From positions 1-12,669 of the forward strand of contig CANLTW010000024.1 in the NCBI GenBank assembly GCA_947494155.1: DNA of 12,669 nucleotides. The letters run 5' to 3'. The stretch is from Chlamydiota bacterium (GTDB lineage Bacteria; Chlamydiota; Chlamydiia; Chlamydiales; RGXB01). Of the stretch, positions 1 through 8,350 are shown piece after piece; position 1 is the stretch's first letter; every line of letters begins with the position of its first letter. Below the pieces are notes generated by a model. The model was not told the origin of the DNA and searched no databases. It saw nothing but the letters and a program-made list of their open reading frames with translations. A program made the position numbers and the translations under genes.

Positions 1-27
1 CTTCAGTCTCTACACCTTTCTGTGGCA

Positions 28-33
28 TATAAT
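28..33 (+). promoter_or_regulatory. Possible sigma66/sigma70 -10 box upstream of rpmG
   Basis: Perfect TATAAT at 28-33, 47 nt before the rpmG ATG. No convincing -35 at 17 nt spacing. Confidence 0.35.
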
Positions 34-80
34 TCAAAAAAGCGCTAGAATCTCTAGGAAAGAATTCTAAGGTATTCAAA

Positions 81-245
81 ATGGCCAAAAAGAAAGCTGC
101 CCGTCATACAATCCAATTGAGAAGTAGCGAATCTTCCCACATGTACTCTACCCAGAAGAACAAGAACAACACCACTGGTCGTGTAGAGTTGATGAAATTC
201 GATCCTATCGTAAAAAAGCACGTAATGTATAAAGAGAAGAAATAA
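81..245 (+). CDS. rpmG: 50S ribosomal protein L33, Cys-free type, 54 aa; not in ORF track
   Basis: Hand translation: [54 protein letters not shown]. Has the L33 pattern R..I.L.S...H.Y.T.KN......L.KFDP...KHV..KE.K. AAGGT SD-like site upstream. Precedes permease/lolD as in Chlamydia. Confidence 0.97.
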   Translation: MAKKKAARHTIQLRSSESSHMYSTQKNKNNTTGRVELMKFDPIVKKHVMYKEKK

Positions 246-264
246 TTTCTTTCAAAAAAAACCT

Positions 265-1704
265 TTGTTTGCATTAAAGACAATTTTTCGTTACATCATT
301 CCGAAAAAAGGGGAGATCTCCTCTTCCCTTATGTCTTTTATTTCTCTTTTTATTATCACCCTTGTCACCTGGCTTTCACTCGTATTCCTATCGATTGCGG
401 ACGGGATTGAAAAGGGTTGGATTTACCGGCTTACCTCTATACACGGACCTCTTAAAATTCTCCCCACAGAGAATTTTCACGAATCTTACTATAGCAAAAT
501 AGATCTGTATAAATACGACAGCAACTACAGAACCCTCTCTTTAAAAGAAAAAAAACTCTCCGCCTCGCCGATAGAAATCAATCCCCTGATTGACGAAGAG
601 CTCCCCGAAGATTTTCCTAAACCTTTGTTAGATGTCAATGGGCAGCCAGTCGACCTGGTTAAAAACATTTTTTCCATTTTAGATGACCTAAAAAAAGAAC
701 ATCTGGTTCAACAAGCCGAGGAGTATGAGATTACTGGTGCTATGATGCGATTAAAGGTCTTCTCAGAAAAGCAGCATGGCTACAACCTCATCTCCCAAGC
801 CTCCTACATCATGTCCTACGATGCGACGACTCTCGCCCTGCTGCCGGAGCCTGCAACACAAAGAACAGCTTACATACCCCTTTACCTGCCTATGAGTTTC
901 CAACAAATGGGCGCCAAAGTGCATGACGTGGGCCAGTTAACCATCTACAACGGCTTTTCTACAGCCACTATTGAAGAAAATAACCCTTTTGAAGTGGTAG
1001 GCTTTTATGATGCTGGGACCTTACAAGTGGGGCCGAAATGCCTTTTTGCCCCCTACTCTTTTGTATCCAGACTGGCAAGCCTTGGACAAATGGAGTCTTT
1101 AGACCCCATTTTGACAAGCGGCATCAGAATCCAGTTGCAAGAGAGCTCTTCAGCCCCTTTATTGGCAACAAAAATAGAAAAAGCCCTAAAAAATGCAGGC
1201 TTGGATTCCTACTTTACCGTTATCCCCTACACTGAATACGGTTTTGTCAAAGACATTCTCCTCTCTTTTCAAAGCGATCGCCTACTCTATAGTCTGATAG
1301 CGTTTATTGTTCTTATTGTAGCCGCAAGCAATATAGTTTCTGTTTTGCTGCTTATCGTTTACCAGTCTAAAAAGGAGATTGCCCTTTTTACCGCATTGGG
1401 TGCCAGCCCTGGATCGCTTAAAAGAATTTATGCGGGACTCGGGCTTGTCCTTGGCTCTTTTGGCTCTTTGTGCGGGCTTGGGCTGGCTTTTATCACCATG
1501 AAAAAACTCCCCTCCATTTTGCATAACCTCCAGATATTTCATGGCTACGAAAATCTTTTTTCCCACTCTATCCCCACCTCTCTGAGCCCCTTTTCACTTA
1601 CTGTTGTCTTGATCGGCACTCCCCTCATTGCCTGGATTGCAGGGCTGATCCCTGCAGCTAAAGCGACCAGATATAAACCCAGTGAACTGCTGAGGTCTTT
1701 ATGA
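265..1704 (+). CDS. Lipoprotein-releasing ABC transporter permease (LolC/E/F, MacB/FtsX-like fold)
   Basis: TTG start. One N-terminal TM helix, a large periplasmic domain, then three C-terminal TMs with VAASNIVSVL, KKEIALFTALGAS and AGLIPAAKATRYKPSELLR, typical of the FtsX/LolE permease C-terminus. Overlaps lolD by 4 nt. Confidence 0.9.
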   Translation: MFALKTIFRYIIPKKGEISSSLMSFISLFIITLVTWLSLVFLSIADGIEKGWIYRLTSIHGPLKILPTENFHESYYSKIDLYKYDSNYRTLSLKEKKLSASPIEINPLIDEELPEDFPKPLLDVNGQPVDLVKNIFSILDDLKKEHLVQQAEEYEITGAMMRLKVFSEKQHGYNLISQASYIMSYDATTLALLPEPATQRTAYIPLYLPMSFQQMGAKVHDVGQLTIYNGFSTATIEENNPFEVVGFYDAGTLQVGPKCLFAPYSFVSRLASLGQMESLDPILTSGIRIQLQESSSAPLLATKIEKALKNAGLDSYFTVIPYTEYGFVKDILLSFQSDRLLYSLIAFIVLIVAASNIVSVLLLIVYQSKKEIALFTALGASPGSLKRIYAGLGLVLGSFGSLCGLGLAFITMKKLPSILHNLQIFHGYENLFSHSIPTSLSPFSLTVVLIGTPLIAWIAGLIPAAKATRYKPSELLRSL

Positions 1705-2330
1705 TTTTAGTGGCAAAAAACCTGTGTAAGAGTTTTGAGGACAGAAAGCTATTTACCGAAGTCAATCTCGCTATCGAGGAGGGGAAAAAGATCGCCATCG
1801 TAGGCCCTTCGGGTAGCGGGAAAACCACTTTGCTTAATATTCTCGGTCTGCTTGAGTCTGCGGATGCTGGGTTTGTTGAGTTGGCAAAAGAGACTGTGGA
1901 CACGCAAAGTCATAAAGTGCGCAACGAGAAAATAGGTTTTATTTTTCAATTTCATTATCTCAATCCAGATTTGACTGTTTATGAAAATCTCGAACTCCCT
2001 AGATTGATAAAGGGGGAAAGGCTTTCAAAAATTGAGGCTCTAACACTTTTGCAGAAGGTGCAGATGGAGGACAAACTGGACACTTTGACAAAGTTTTTGA
2101 GCGGGGGGCAAAAACAGCGGGTTGCTTTCGCAAGAGCTCTTGTCAACAATCCTAAAATCATTTTTGCCGATGAACCTACAGGCCAGTTAGACCAGGATTT
2201 AGCCTTACAGATGATGGAGCTTTTGCTCTCTCTTCCCCAGGCAGTCGTTTTGGTTACCCACGACCGTAATTTTGCACTTAGGATGCAAGAGCGCTATGAA
2301 CTAATCAACCATCGACTCCAAGCATGGTAG
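1701..2330 (+). CDS. lolD: Lipoprotein-releasing ABC transporter ATP-binding protein
   Basis: Walker A GPSGSGKT, RNEKIGFIFQFHYL (LolD-type Q-loop), signature LSGGQKQR, Walker B/D-loop IIFADEPTGQLD, H-loop VTHD. Coupled to the Lol permease. Confidence 0.9.
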   Translation: MILVAKNLCKSFEDRKLFTEVNLAIEEGKKIAIVGPSGSGKTTLLNILGLLESADAGFVELAKETVDTQSHKVRNEKIGFIFQFHYLNPDLTVYENLELPRLIKGERLSKIEALTLLQKVQMEDKLDTLTKFLSGGQKQRVAFARALVNNPKIIFADEPTGQLDQDLALQMMELLLSLPQAVVLVTHDRNFALRMQERYELINHRLQAW

Positions 2331-2875
2331 TCCATTTTGTTGCATTAACCACTCTAGTGACAGCCCTCAGTTTTGATAGAACCAAAGCTTTTTGGATAGC
2401 CCTTTGTTTAGGCCTTTTCTTTGACCTTATCCATCTGAGTACACCTCTAGGCTTTTACCTATTTTTGTGCGCTTCCATGACTCTGTTGATGAGTCTTGCT
2501 ATACCCTATCTCCCTTCTATAAAAGGGGTCCTTATCCTCCCCTCCATTTTAGCTTTCTTATTTCTTTTTTCCCTTTTGGAGTGTACCTTGCTAGGTTTCT
2601 TTGCACACCCCTTTGAAGATCTTTTTTTAGGACCAGCTTTAGATGCCGGAGTATTTTTGGTTTACCGATTCGTTGCCCTAAAAATTTCCCCTTTTTTTCA
2701 AAGAGACACCCTCCCCCTTTTTGGTTGGAAAAAAAATCGCTTCTTTTCGCCAAAAAATCCCTTTTTTCGTAAGGTGAGTTTGGAGGAGATCAAAAGATCG
2801 AAGCTCCCTTTTTTATCCCCATCTGATATTAAAGAGCGCGCCAAAAAAACAGCTATTCAAGAGGAAAAATTATGA
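2324..2875 (+). CDS. MreD-like membrane protein with hydrophilic basic C-terminal extension
   Basis: About 4-5 hydrophobic segments. AFWIALCLGLFFDLIHLSTPLGFY resembles the MreD G-L-x-x-D-L-x4-5-P-L-G motif. Overlaps both neighbours. Confidence 0.6.
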   Translation: MVVHFVALTTLVTALSFDRTKAFWIALCLGLFFDLIHLSTPLGFYLFLCASMTLLMSLAIPYLPSIKGVLILPSILAFLFLFSLLECTLLGFFAHPFEDLFLGPALDAGVFLVYRFVALKISPFFQRDTLPLFGWKKNRFFSPKNPFFRKVSLEEIKRSKLPFLSPSDIKERAKKTAIQEEKL

Positions 2876-3555
2876 AACCGACTAGACTCGAATTAGCTAA
2901 ACAACTGTCTCTTGAAGCGGGCAAATTTGCTTTTTCTCAATTCAATGAGGTGCATCATGTTCAGTACAAAGATACTTTGTTCAACGACCCCGTGACCGAT
3001 GTGGATCGCGCTTGTGAAAAAATTATCGTAGAGGGAATCCAAAAGTATTTTCCAGAAGATGGGATCATAGGGGAAGAGGGTGGGCCTTATAACGCGAATA
3101 CAAAGAACTACTGGGTGATCGATCCTCTTGATGGAACCCAGAATTTCACCCATCTCTTGCCTTTATACTGTGTTTCTATATGCTACGTAGAACACGCAAA
3201 AGCCCAGATAGGGGTGATCTATGCCCCCTATTTTCAGGAATTATTTGTAGCTTCTCGGGGAAATGGGGCAACTTTGAACGAAAAGCCGATAAAAGTTTCT
3301 GAAGAAATTGAGGATTTCAGCCGTCACTTTGGGACCTCAGCTCTCTCTTTAGCCTGGGTGGCATGTGGCCGACTCTCCTATTACAAAGCACACGAGCTCT
3401 TCCCCTGGGATTTTGCTGCCGGCTCCCTTATCGTAGAGGAAGCGGGTGGTGAGGCATGTACGATGGAGAATACCCCCTTGACTTTTTTTCAACCCCAGTC
3501 GATTTTTGCCTCCAACAAGAGGCTAAAACAGAAACATTTTGAAGGTCTGAAATGA
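2872..3555 (+). CDS. suhB: Inositol monophosphatase family protein (SuhB-like)
   Basis: DPVTDVD, IIGEE, WVIDPLDGTQNF, GTSALSLAWVACGR and PWDFAAGSLIVEEAGG motifs. The family call is firm; the suhB symbol is less certain. Confidence 0.9.
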   Translation: MKPTRLELAKQLSLEAGKFAFSQFNEVHHVQYKDTLFNDPVTDVDRACEKIIVEGIQKYFPEDGIIGEEGGPYNANTKNYWVIDPLDGTQNFTHLLPLYCVSICYVEHAKAQIGVIYAPYFQELFVASRGNGATLNEKPIKVSEEIEDFSRHFGTSALSLAWVACGRLSYYKAHELFPWDFAAGSLIVEEAGGEACTMENTPLTFFQPQSIFASNKRLKQKHFEGLK

Positions 3556-4397
3556 CTCTTCTTTTAGATGGTAGAGCTGCGAGTCGCTCACTTAGAGAAA
3601 AACTTGAAGTCGACAGAAAGACCCCACCCCATGTGGTTTTTGTCCTTGTTGGGAATCACCCCTCTTCTCTCTCCTATATATCGATCAAGAAAAAGAGCTG
3701 TGAAGAGGTTTTTATCCAGTCTTCTATTTGCCATTTACCGGAGGATGTTTCGGAAATACAGCTTTTGGAAACTATCCAACGATGGAATGCTCAAGGTGAT
3801 GTGGATGGAATTTTAGTGCAGTTGCCACTACCCCCTCACATTTGCCAAAAAAGGATTTTTGAAGCGATCGATCCTAAAAAAGACGTTGACTGTTTGCATC
3901 CTTACAACCTGGGACGTCTTTCTTTAGGCGACACATCGGGTCTTTTGCCCTGCACTCCACTAGGTATTTTTGAGCTAATGCGATTTTACCAACTCGATCT
4001 CATGCAAAAAGAGGTTTGTATTATTGGCAGGAGTTCTATAGTAGGCCGCCCCCTCTCTCTTTTACTCTCTCAGAAATCGACGATAGATGCGACAGTGACT
4101 TTATGCCACCAGGGAACAAAAGATCTATTTTTTCATACCAAACGGGCCGACATTTTGGTTGCCGCCATAGGTAGACCCGAGTTTATCAAACAAGAGCATA
4201 TCAAAGAGGGTGCCATTGTTATCGATGTGGGGATAACCCGTCAAAATGATCGACTTATCGGCGACGTCGATTTTTTGAGCGTACAGCAAAAAGCAAGTGC
4301 CATAACTCCAGTTCCCGGTGGTGTAGGACCGATGACAGTTTATGCATTGCTTCAAAATACAATAAAAGCACATAAACAAAGAAAAGCAACCGTTTAG
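3552..4397 (+). CDS. folD: Bifunctional methylenetetrahydrofolate dehydrogenase/cyclohydrolase
   Basis: LDG N-terminus, YxxxK (YISIK), GILVQLPLP, KDVD, PCTP, GRSSIVG, VIDVGI, TPVPGGVGPMT. Confidence 0.97.
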   Translation: MTLLLDGRAASRSLREKLEVDRKTPPHVVFVLVGNHPSSLSYISIKKKSCEEVFIQSSICHLPEDVSEIQLLETIQRWNAQGDVDGILVQLPLPPHICQKRIFEAIDPKKDVDCLHPYNLGRLSLGDTSGLLPCTPLGIFELMRFYQLDLMQKEVCIIGRSSIVGRPLSLLLSQKSTIDATVTLCHQGTKDLFFHTKRADILVAAIGRPEFIKQEHIKEGAIVIDVGITRQNDRLIGDVDFLSVQQKASAITPVPGGVGPMTVYALLQNTIKAHKQRKATV

Positions 4398-4414
4398 AAC
4401 AAAGCTGGTCCCCC

Positions 4415-6568
4415 TTGACGAAAAAAAACAGTGACAATCCCTTAGAATTAGAGAAAAGCTTCGCGATCCAAGCTCCCCATTTAAAAGCTGAAATGCAGCA
4501 ATGTCTTGAGTTGATCAGAACCTTTCTAGAAAAAAAGGGGCGCGATGCGTTTCAATTACACGACCTCACCAAATCTTTTCGCCTCCCCAATAAGCTCAGA
4601 GTGATTTTATCCCTTTTTGTCGATGAGCTAACACGAGAGGGTTATCTAACTAAAAATTCAGACGTGTACCATTTGAACGGTCATAAATCGCCTCTGAGCA
4701 AATCAACCGAAAATGTGGGAAAAATCTCGATCCACCAGAGCGGTTTTGGATTTGTTAGTTTAAAAGAGTATGATGTTTTTATCCCAAAACATCTCATCTT
4801 GAACGCGATGGATCAAGATTTAGTTGAAGTGGAGATTCTCTCTCTTGAGGGGCGTAATAAGAAGGGCCCCGAAGGGAGGGTGAACCGCGTTGTAAAAAGG
4901 ACTAGGGCCTCTATTTTAGGGACTGTCGTAGAGATCAAACCGGGAGCTTTGAGTGTGCGGGCCTCCTTACAGGGCGAAAGTGAGCTGGCGCATGTGCCAC
5001 TCCCTACAACCCCTGTAGAAGTGGGGGATAGAATCCTTATGGAGGTTCACTCTCTGCGCAACCAACTTCACCTCACATTTGAGAGAAAGCTAGGCTCCAT
5101 ATTCGACCCTTTAAAAGATCTCGATGCGATTAAAGAGGAGTATACCCTCCCGAAAGAGTTTCCTGAGGAGGCTCTTCGCGAGGCTCGTGCGTTTGGATCA
5201 GAGGTTGTCAAATCTCAACACTCTGAAAGGACCGATCTTACCGATCTTTTTACCATCACAATCGATCCGAAAACAGCCAAAGATTTCGATGATGCCCTTT
5301 CGATCCAAAAGACCAAAAAAGGGTACAAGCTTTTTGTACACGTAGCCGATGCCTCCTACTACGTCAAAAAAGGTTCCTATTTAGACTTAGAAGCGATCCA
5401 AAGAAAAAACTCTACCTATCTTGTGGGAACTTGCATTCCCATGCTCCCCCATGTTCTCTCAGATAATCTTTGTAGTCTCAAGGAGGGTGTTGATCGTTTG
5501 GCTGTCACTATCGAAATGGATCTCAACAACAGAGGGCAGCTCGAGCACCACCAGATTTATCGCAGTATTATCAAAAGCAATCATCGCCTCTCTTACGAGC
5601 AGGCATTTGAGATCATGCATGAACCAAAAGAGTCGTTTCTTAAAGAGCAGCTCCAGCTCATGAGGGAATTAGCGCTTCATCTCAAGGCGTTGAAAAATGA
5701 AAGGGGTTCGGTCGATCTCTCTTTAAGTGAGCTTGTCTGGAGACTCGGTGAGGATGGCGTCCCCAGCGGATTCGAGATCAGCCACTACGACATCACCCAT
5801 CAGCTGGTGGAAGAATTTATGCTTAAGGCAAATGAGGTGATCGCTACAGAACTCAAAAACCGCGATGTTGGATTGATCTATCGCGTACATGAACCCCCTT
5901 CTCCTGAAACAATGATGGAATTTAAAAATTTCTGCGTGCGCCTAGGGGTTCTTGTACCGCAAGAATTCGGTCCCAAAGAGCTCAGTCAAATTTTTCTAGC
6001 CCATAAGGAGTCGGCTTTTATTTCTGAACTCTCCTCAAGGTATATTCGCAGCATGCGTTTGGCCACCTACTCTACCGACAGGGTGGGCCATCACGGGCTA
6101 ATGTTAGAAAATTACACCCATTTTACCAGCCCTATCCGCAGATATGTGGACATCATCATCCACCGGCTTGTTTTCAATGAGGAGTATACGCAAGAAGAGC
6201 TCGATGAGATTGCCAAAAGCTCCTCAGAAAAAGAGCGCCACAGTGCAAGAGCTGAAATGAGCTACCTTATGCTCAAAAAAATCCGTTATTTTGAGCGAAA
6301 ACATAAAAAAGAACCCGAAAAGGTCTACAAGGCTACAGTGACCAGAGTCAAGCCTTACGGCATTGTTTTTGAGGTAAAAGATTTTGGGGTGGAGGGCTTT
6401 TTGCACATTTCCAAATTAGGAAATGATTACTTTGAATTTCATCCAAAAAAAGAAAAAATCACAGGCTCCAAGTCCAATCGAATATTTGAGATTGGCCATC
6501 AATTCCAAGTTCAAATAGAATCGGTAAATCTCTTATTTCAAGAGATCTTTTGGAAAATGGGTACTTAG
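4415..6568 (+). CDS. rnr: Ribonuclease R (RNB family 3'-5' exoribonuclease)
   Basis: N-terminal helical region, cold-shock domain (GFGFV...DVFIP), catalytic TIDPKTAKDFDDAL, LVEEFMLKANE, YRVHEPP, YTHFTSPIRRYVD, C-terminal S1 domain (EGFLHIS). Start uncertain: TTG 4415 or ATG 4493. Confidence 0.95.
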   Translation: MTKKNSDNPLELEKSFAIQAPHLKAEMQQCLELIRTFLEKKGRDAFQLHDLTKSFRLPNKLRVILSLFVDELTREGYLTKNSDVYHLNGHKSPLSKSTENVGKISIHQSGFGFVSLKEYDVFIPKHLILNAMDQDLVEVEILSLEGRNKKGPEGRVNRVVKRTRASILGTVVEIKPGALSVRASLQGESELAHVPLPTTPVEVGDRILMEVHSLRNQLHLTFERKLGSIFDPLKDLDAIKEEYTLPKEFPEEALREARAFGSEVVKSQHSERTDLTDLFTITIDPKTAKDFDDALSIQKTKKGYKLFVHVADASYYVKKGSYLDLEAIQRKNSTYLVGTCIPMLPHVLSDNLCSLKEGVDRLAVTIEMDLNNRGQLEHHQIYRSIIKSNHRLSYEQAFEIMHEPKESFLKEQLQLMRELALHLKALKNERGSVDLSLSELVWRLGEDGVPSGFEISHYDITHQLVEEFMLKANEVIATELKNRDVGLIYRVHEPPSPETMMEFKNFCVRLGVLVPQEFGPKELSQIFLAHKESAFISELSSRYIRSMRLATYSTDRVGHHGLMLENYTHFTSPIRRYVDIIIHRLVFNEEYTQEELDEIAKSSSEKERHSARAEMSYLMLKKIRYFERKHKKEPEKVYKATVTRVKPYGIVFEVKDFGVEGFLHISKLGNDYFEFHPKKEKITGSKSNRIFEIGHQFQVQIESVNLLFQEIFWKMGT

Positions 6569-6573
6569 TATTT

Positions 6574-7224
6574 ATGAAAAAATACTTTATCACAGGAATG
6601 ATCATCCTTTTACCTTTGGCTGTAACTGTCGGGCTCGTCGCTTTTATTGTGCGGCTTTTAACCAATCCTTTTGTCGGCTGGGTTAAAAATTTTCTGCAGA
6701 TGCACCAGCTGCAACCGGGAAAGTTTTTTTTCTTGAGTCAAGATCAGGTGATCTTGTTCTCAGCTCAAGCGCTTATTCTTTTCACCCTGTTTATTTTTAC
6801 CCTCTTTTTAGGAATGATCACACGCTGGTTCTTCATCAAATCGATGATCGAGTTTTTTGATTCGTTACTGCTTAAAATCCCCTTGGTTAACAAGATTTAC
6901 AAGACCACCCAGGAGATTATACGCACCCTCTTTTCCAGTGATAAAAGCTCTTTTAAGGAGGTCGTGCTTGCCCCTTTTCCAAATAAAGAGACCTACACTC
7001 TGGGTTTAGTTTCGAGAGACGCCCCTAAATATTGCTCAAAAGCAACTCAAAAAGAGCTTGTAACTGTTTTCGTGATGACCGCCCCTAACCCTACAACCGG
7101 ATACCTGGTAATGTTTGAGCGGGAAGATCTCATTCCGATTGATATGAAAATTGAGGATGCCGTGAAATACATCATCTCCTGCGGAATCCTGATACCCGAA
7201 ACCCCCTCTCAAGGAAATGCATGA
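6574..7224 (+). CDS. DUF502 (COV1-like) membrane protein, copy 1
   Basis: MKKYFITGMIILLPLAVT N-terminus, KIPLVNKIYKT, TAPNPTTGYL, EDAVKYIISCG. ATG 6574 preferred over TTG 6550 because it fits the family N-terminus and removes the overlap with rnr. Confidence 0.9.
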   Translation: MKKYFITGMIILLPLAVTVGLVAFIVRLLTNPFVGWVKNFLQMHQLQPGKFFFLSQDQVILFSAQALILFTLFIFTLFLGMITRWFFIKSMIEFFDSLLLKIPLVNKIYKTTQEIIRTLFSSDKSSFKEVVLAPFPNKETYTLGLVSRDAPKYCSKATQKELVTVFVMTAPNPTTGYLVMFEREDLIPIDMKIEDAVKYIISCGILIPETPSQGNA

Positions 7225-7817
7225 GACAGTCCTTTATCACAGGCTTTCTTTTACTGATTCCCCTAGCGATCACATTTTGGATAGTGAAAATTTTTTTTGA
7301 TCTCCTTTCAGAACCATTGCTAGCTGTGATTTCTCCATCGATCGACCTGATTAACGAGAGATGGGATCATCCCCATATTTTGCAGTTTATAGCTCGGATT
7401 TGTTCCATACTAATCCTTTTCTCTAGCATTCTAGTGATTGGATTTATCGGGGAACACCTTTTTGAGGGTTGGTTGCATCGTGCGATTGATGCGGTTATTT
7501 CCAGAATGCCGGTTGTCAAAACGGTGCATAAAGTTGTCAAAGAGGTACTGAAACAGTTTACCAGCAGCACCCAATCCCCGCTTGAAAAGCCCTCCATCAT
7601 CCCCTACATTCCTCATGGTAGCTACATCATCACCTCGCAGCTTCCCCATGTTCCTTTGAAAATCAAGGAGCGTCTTCCCGGGTTTAAAGCCTACTATCTC
7701 CCTACCTCCCCTCAGCCGCTGCATGGAATCCTCCTTTTTTCCAAAGAGGGTAAAGAACTTGAGACAAACTCCGAGGAAATGATAAAGTTTATTATTTCCT
7801 GTGGTGTGATTTCATGA
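7221..7817 (+). CDS. DUF502 membrane protein, divergent copy 2
   Basis: MRQSFITGFLLLIPLAIT, RMPVVKTVH, YLPTSPQPLHG, EEMIKFIISCG are collinear with copy 1. Confidence 0.85.
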   Translation: MRQSFITGFLLLIPLAITFWIVKIFFDLLSEPLLAVISPSIDLINERWDHPHILQFIARICSILILFSSILVIGFIGEHLFEGWLHRAIDAVISRMPVVKTVHKVVKEVLKQFTSSTQSPLEKPSIIPYIPHGSYIITSQLPHVPLKIKERLPGFKAYYLPTSPQPLHGILLFSKEGKELETNSEEMIKFIISCGVIS

Positions 7818-8224
7818 ATGTAACCCTTTTTTCTATCGAAAAAAAATCTGACGCGACACAAAAAATTGTGGCTATTTGTAAAAAAGCTATAGAGAAAAAA
7901 ATTTTTTTACAAATCATCTGCCCTCAAGAGAAAACGGTCGCCTTTTTAGACAACCTCCTTTGGCAGACCCCCTTTGATGGTTTTTACCCCCATGCGACAG
8001 AAAAAGAGCTCACCTTTGAGCCTATTTACCTTACCCTGAAAACAGAGATTCAAAAACCCTTTACTCATATTCTCTGGCTAAACCAAACACCTCCACCTAC
8101 TTCCCTCAAGTGGATCCACCTTTACGATTTTGACGATAAGAGCTCCCCCGAATCGGCAAAAAAATCTTTAGAACGCTACCATTTTTATAAAGAAAATGGA
8201 TGTAAAATCTCCCTTTTGGGCTAG
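7814..8224 (+). CDS. holC: DNA polymerase III subunit chi-like protein
   Basis: LDNLLW...GFYPH motif and C-terminal ERYHFYKENG match HolC (LD..LW....F.PH; R.RY..Y+..G). 136 aa. Confidence 0.8.
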   Translation: MNVTLFSIEKKSDATQKIVAICKKAIEKKIFLQIICPQEKTVAFLDNLLWQTPFDGFYPHATEKELTFEPIYLTLKTEIQKPFTHILWLNQTPPPTSLKWIHLYDFDDKSSPESAKKSLERYHFYKENGCKISLLG

Positions 8225-8290
8225 AAAATATAAAATAAATTAATTATTACCCCCTTTTTTTCTCCCCTATTGGAGAGCCGATTTTTCAAG

Positions 8291-8319
8291 TTGATTCATA
8301 AGCTCGGAGTTGCTATACT
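8291..8319 (+). promoter_or_regulatory. sigma66/sigma70-type promoter with extended -10
   Basis: TTGATT (8291-8296), 17 nt spacer, TATACT (8314-8319) preceded by TG at 8311-8312. Lies in the 8225-8350 gap, 31 nt before ATG 8351. Confidence 0.7.
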
Positions 8320-8350
8320 CCTTTTAAAACTTTTTAGACTGGGTTAAACC

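Noticed and set aside
6550..6573. TTG start giving a 19-nt overlap of DUF502 copy 1 with rnr
   Set aside because: ATG 6574 matches the family and paralog N-terminus and needs no overlap.
8261..8276. Small TCTCC/GGAGA hairpin after holC as a terminator
   Set aside because: Only a 5-6 bp stem, and the T run precedes rather than follows it.
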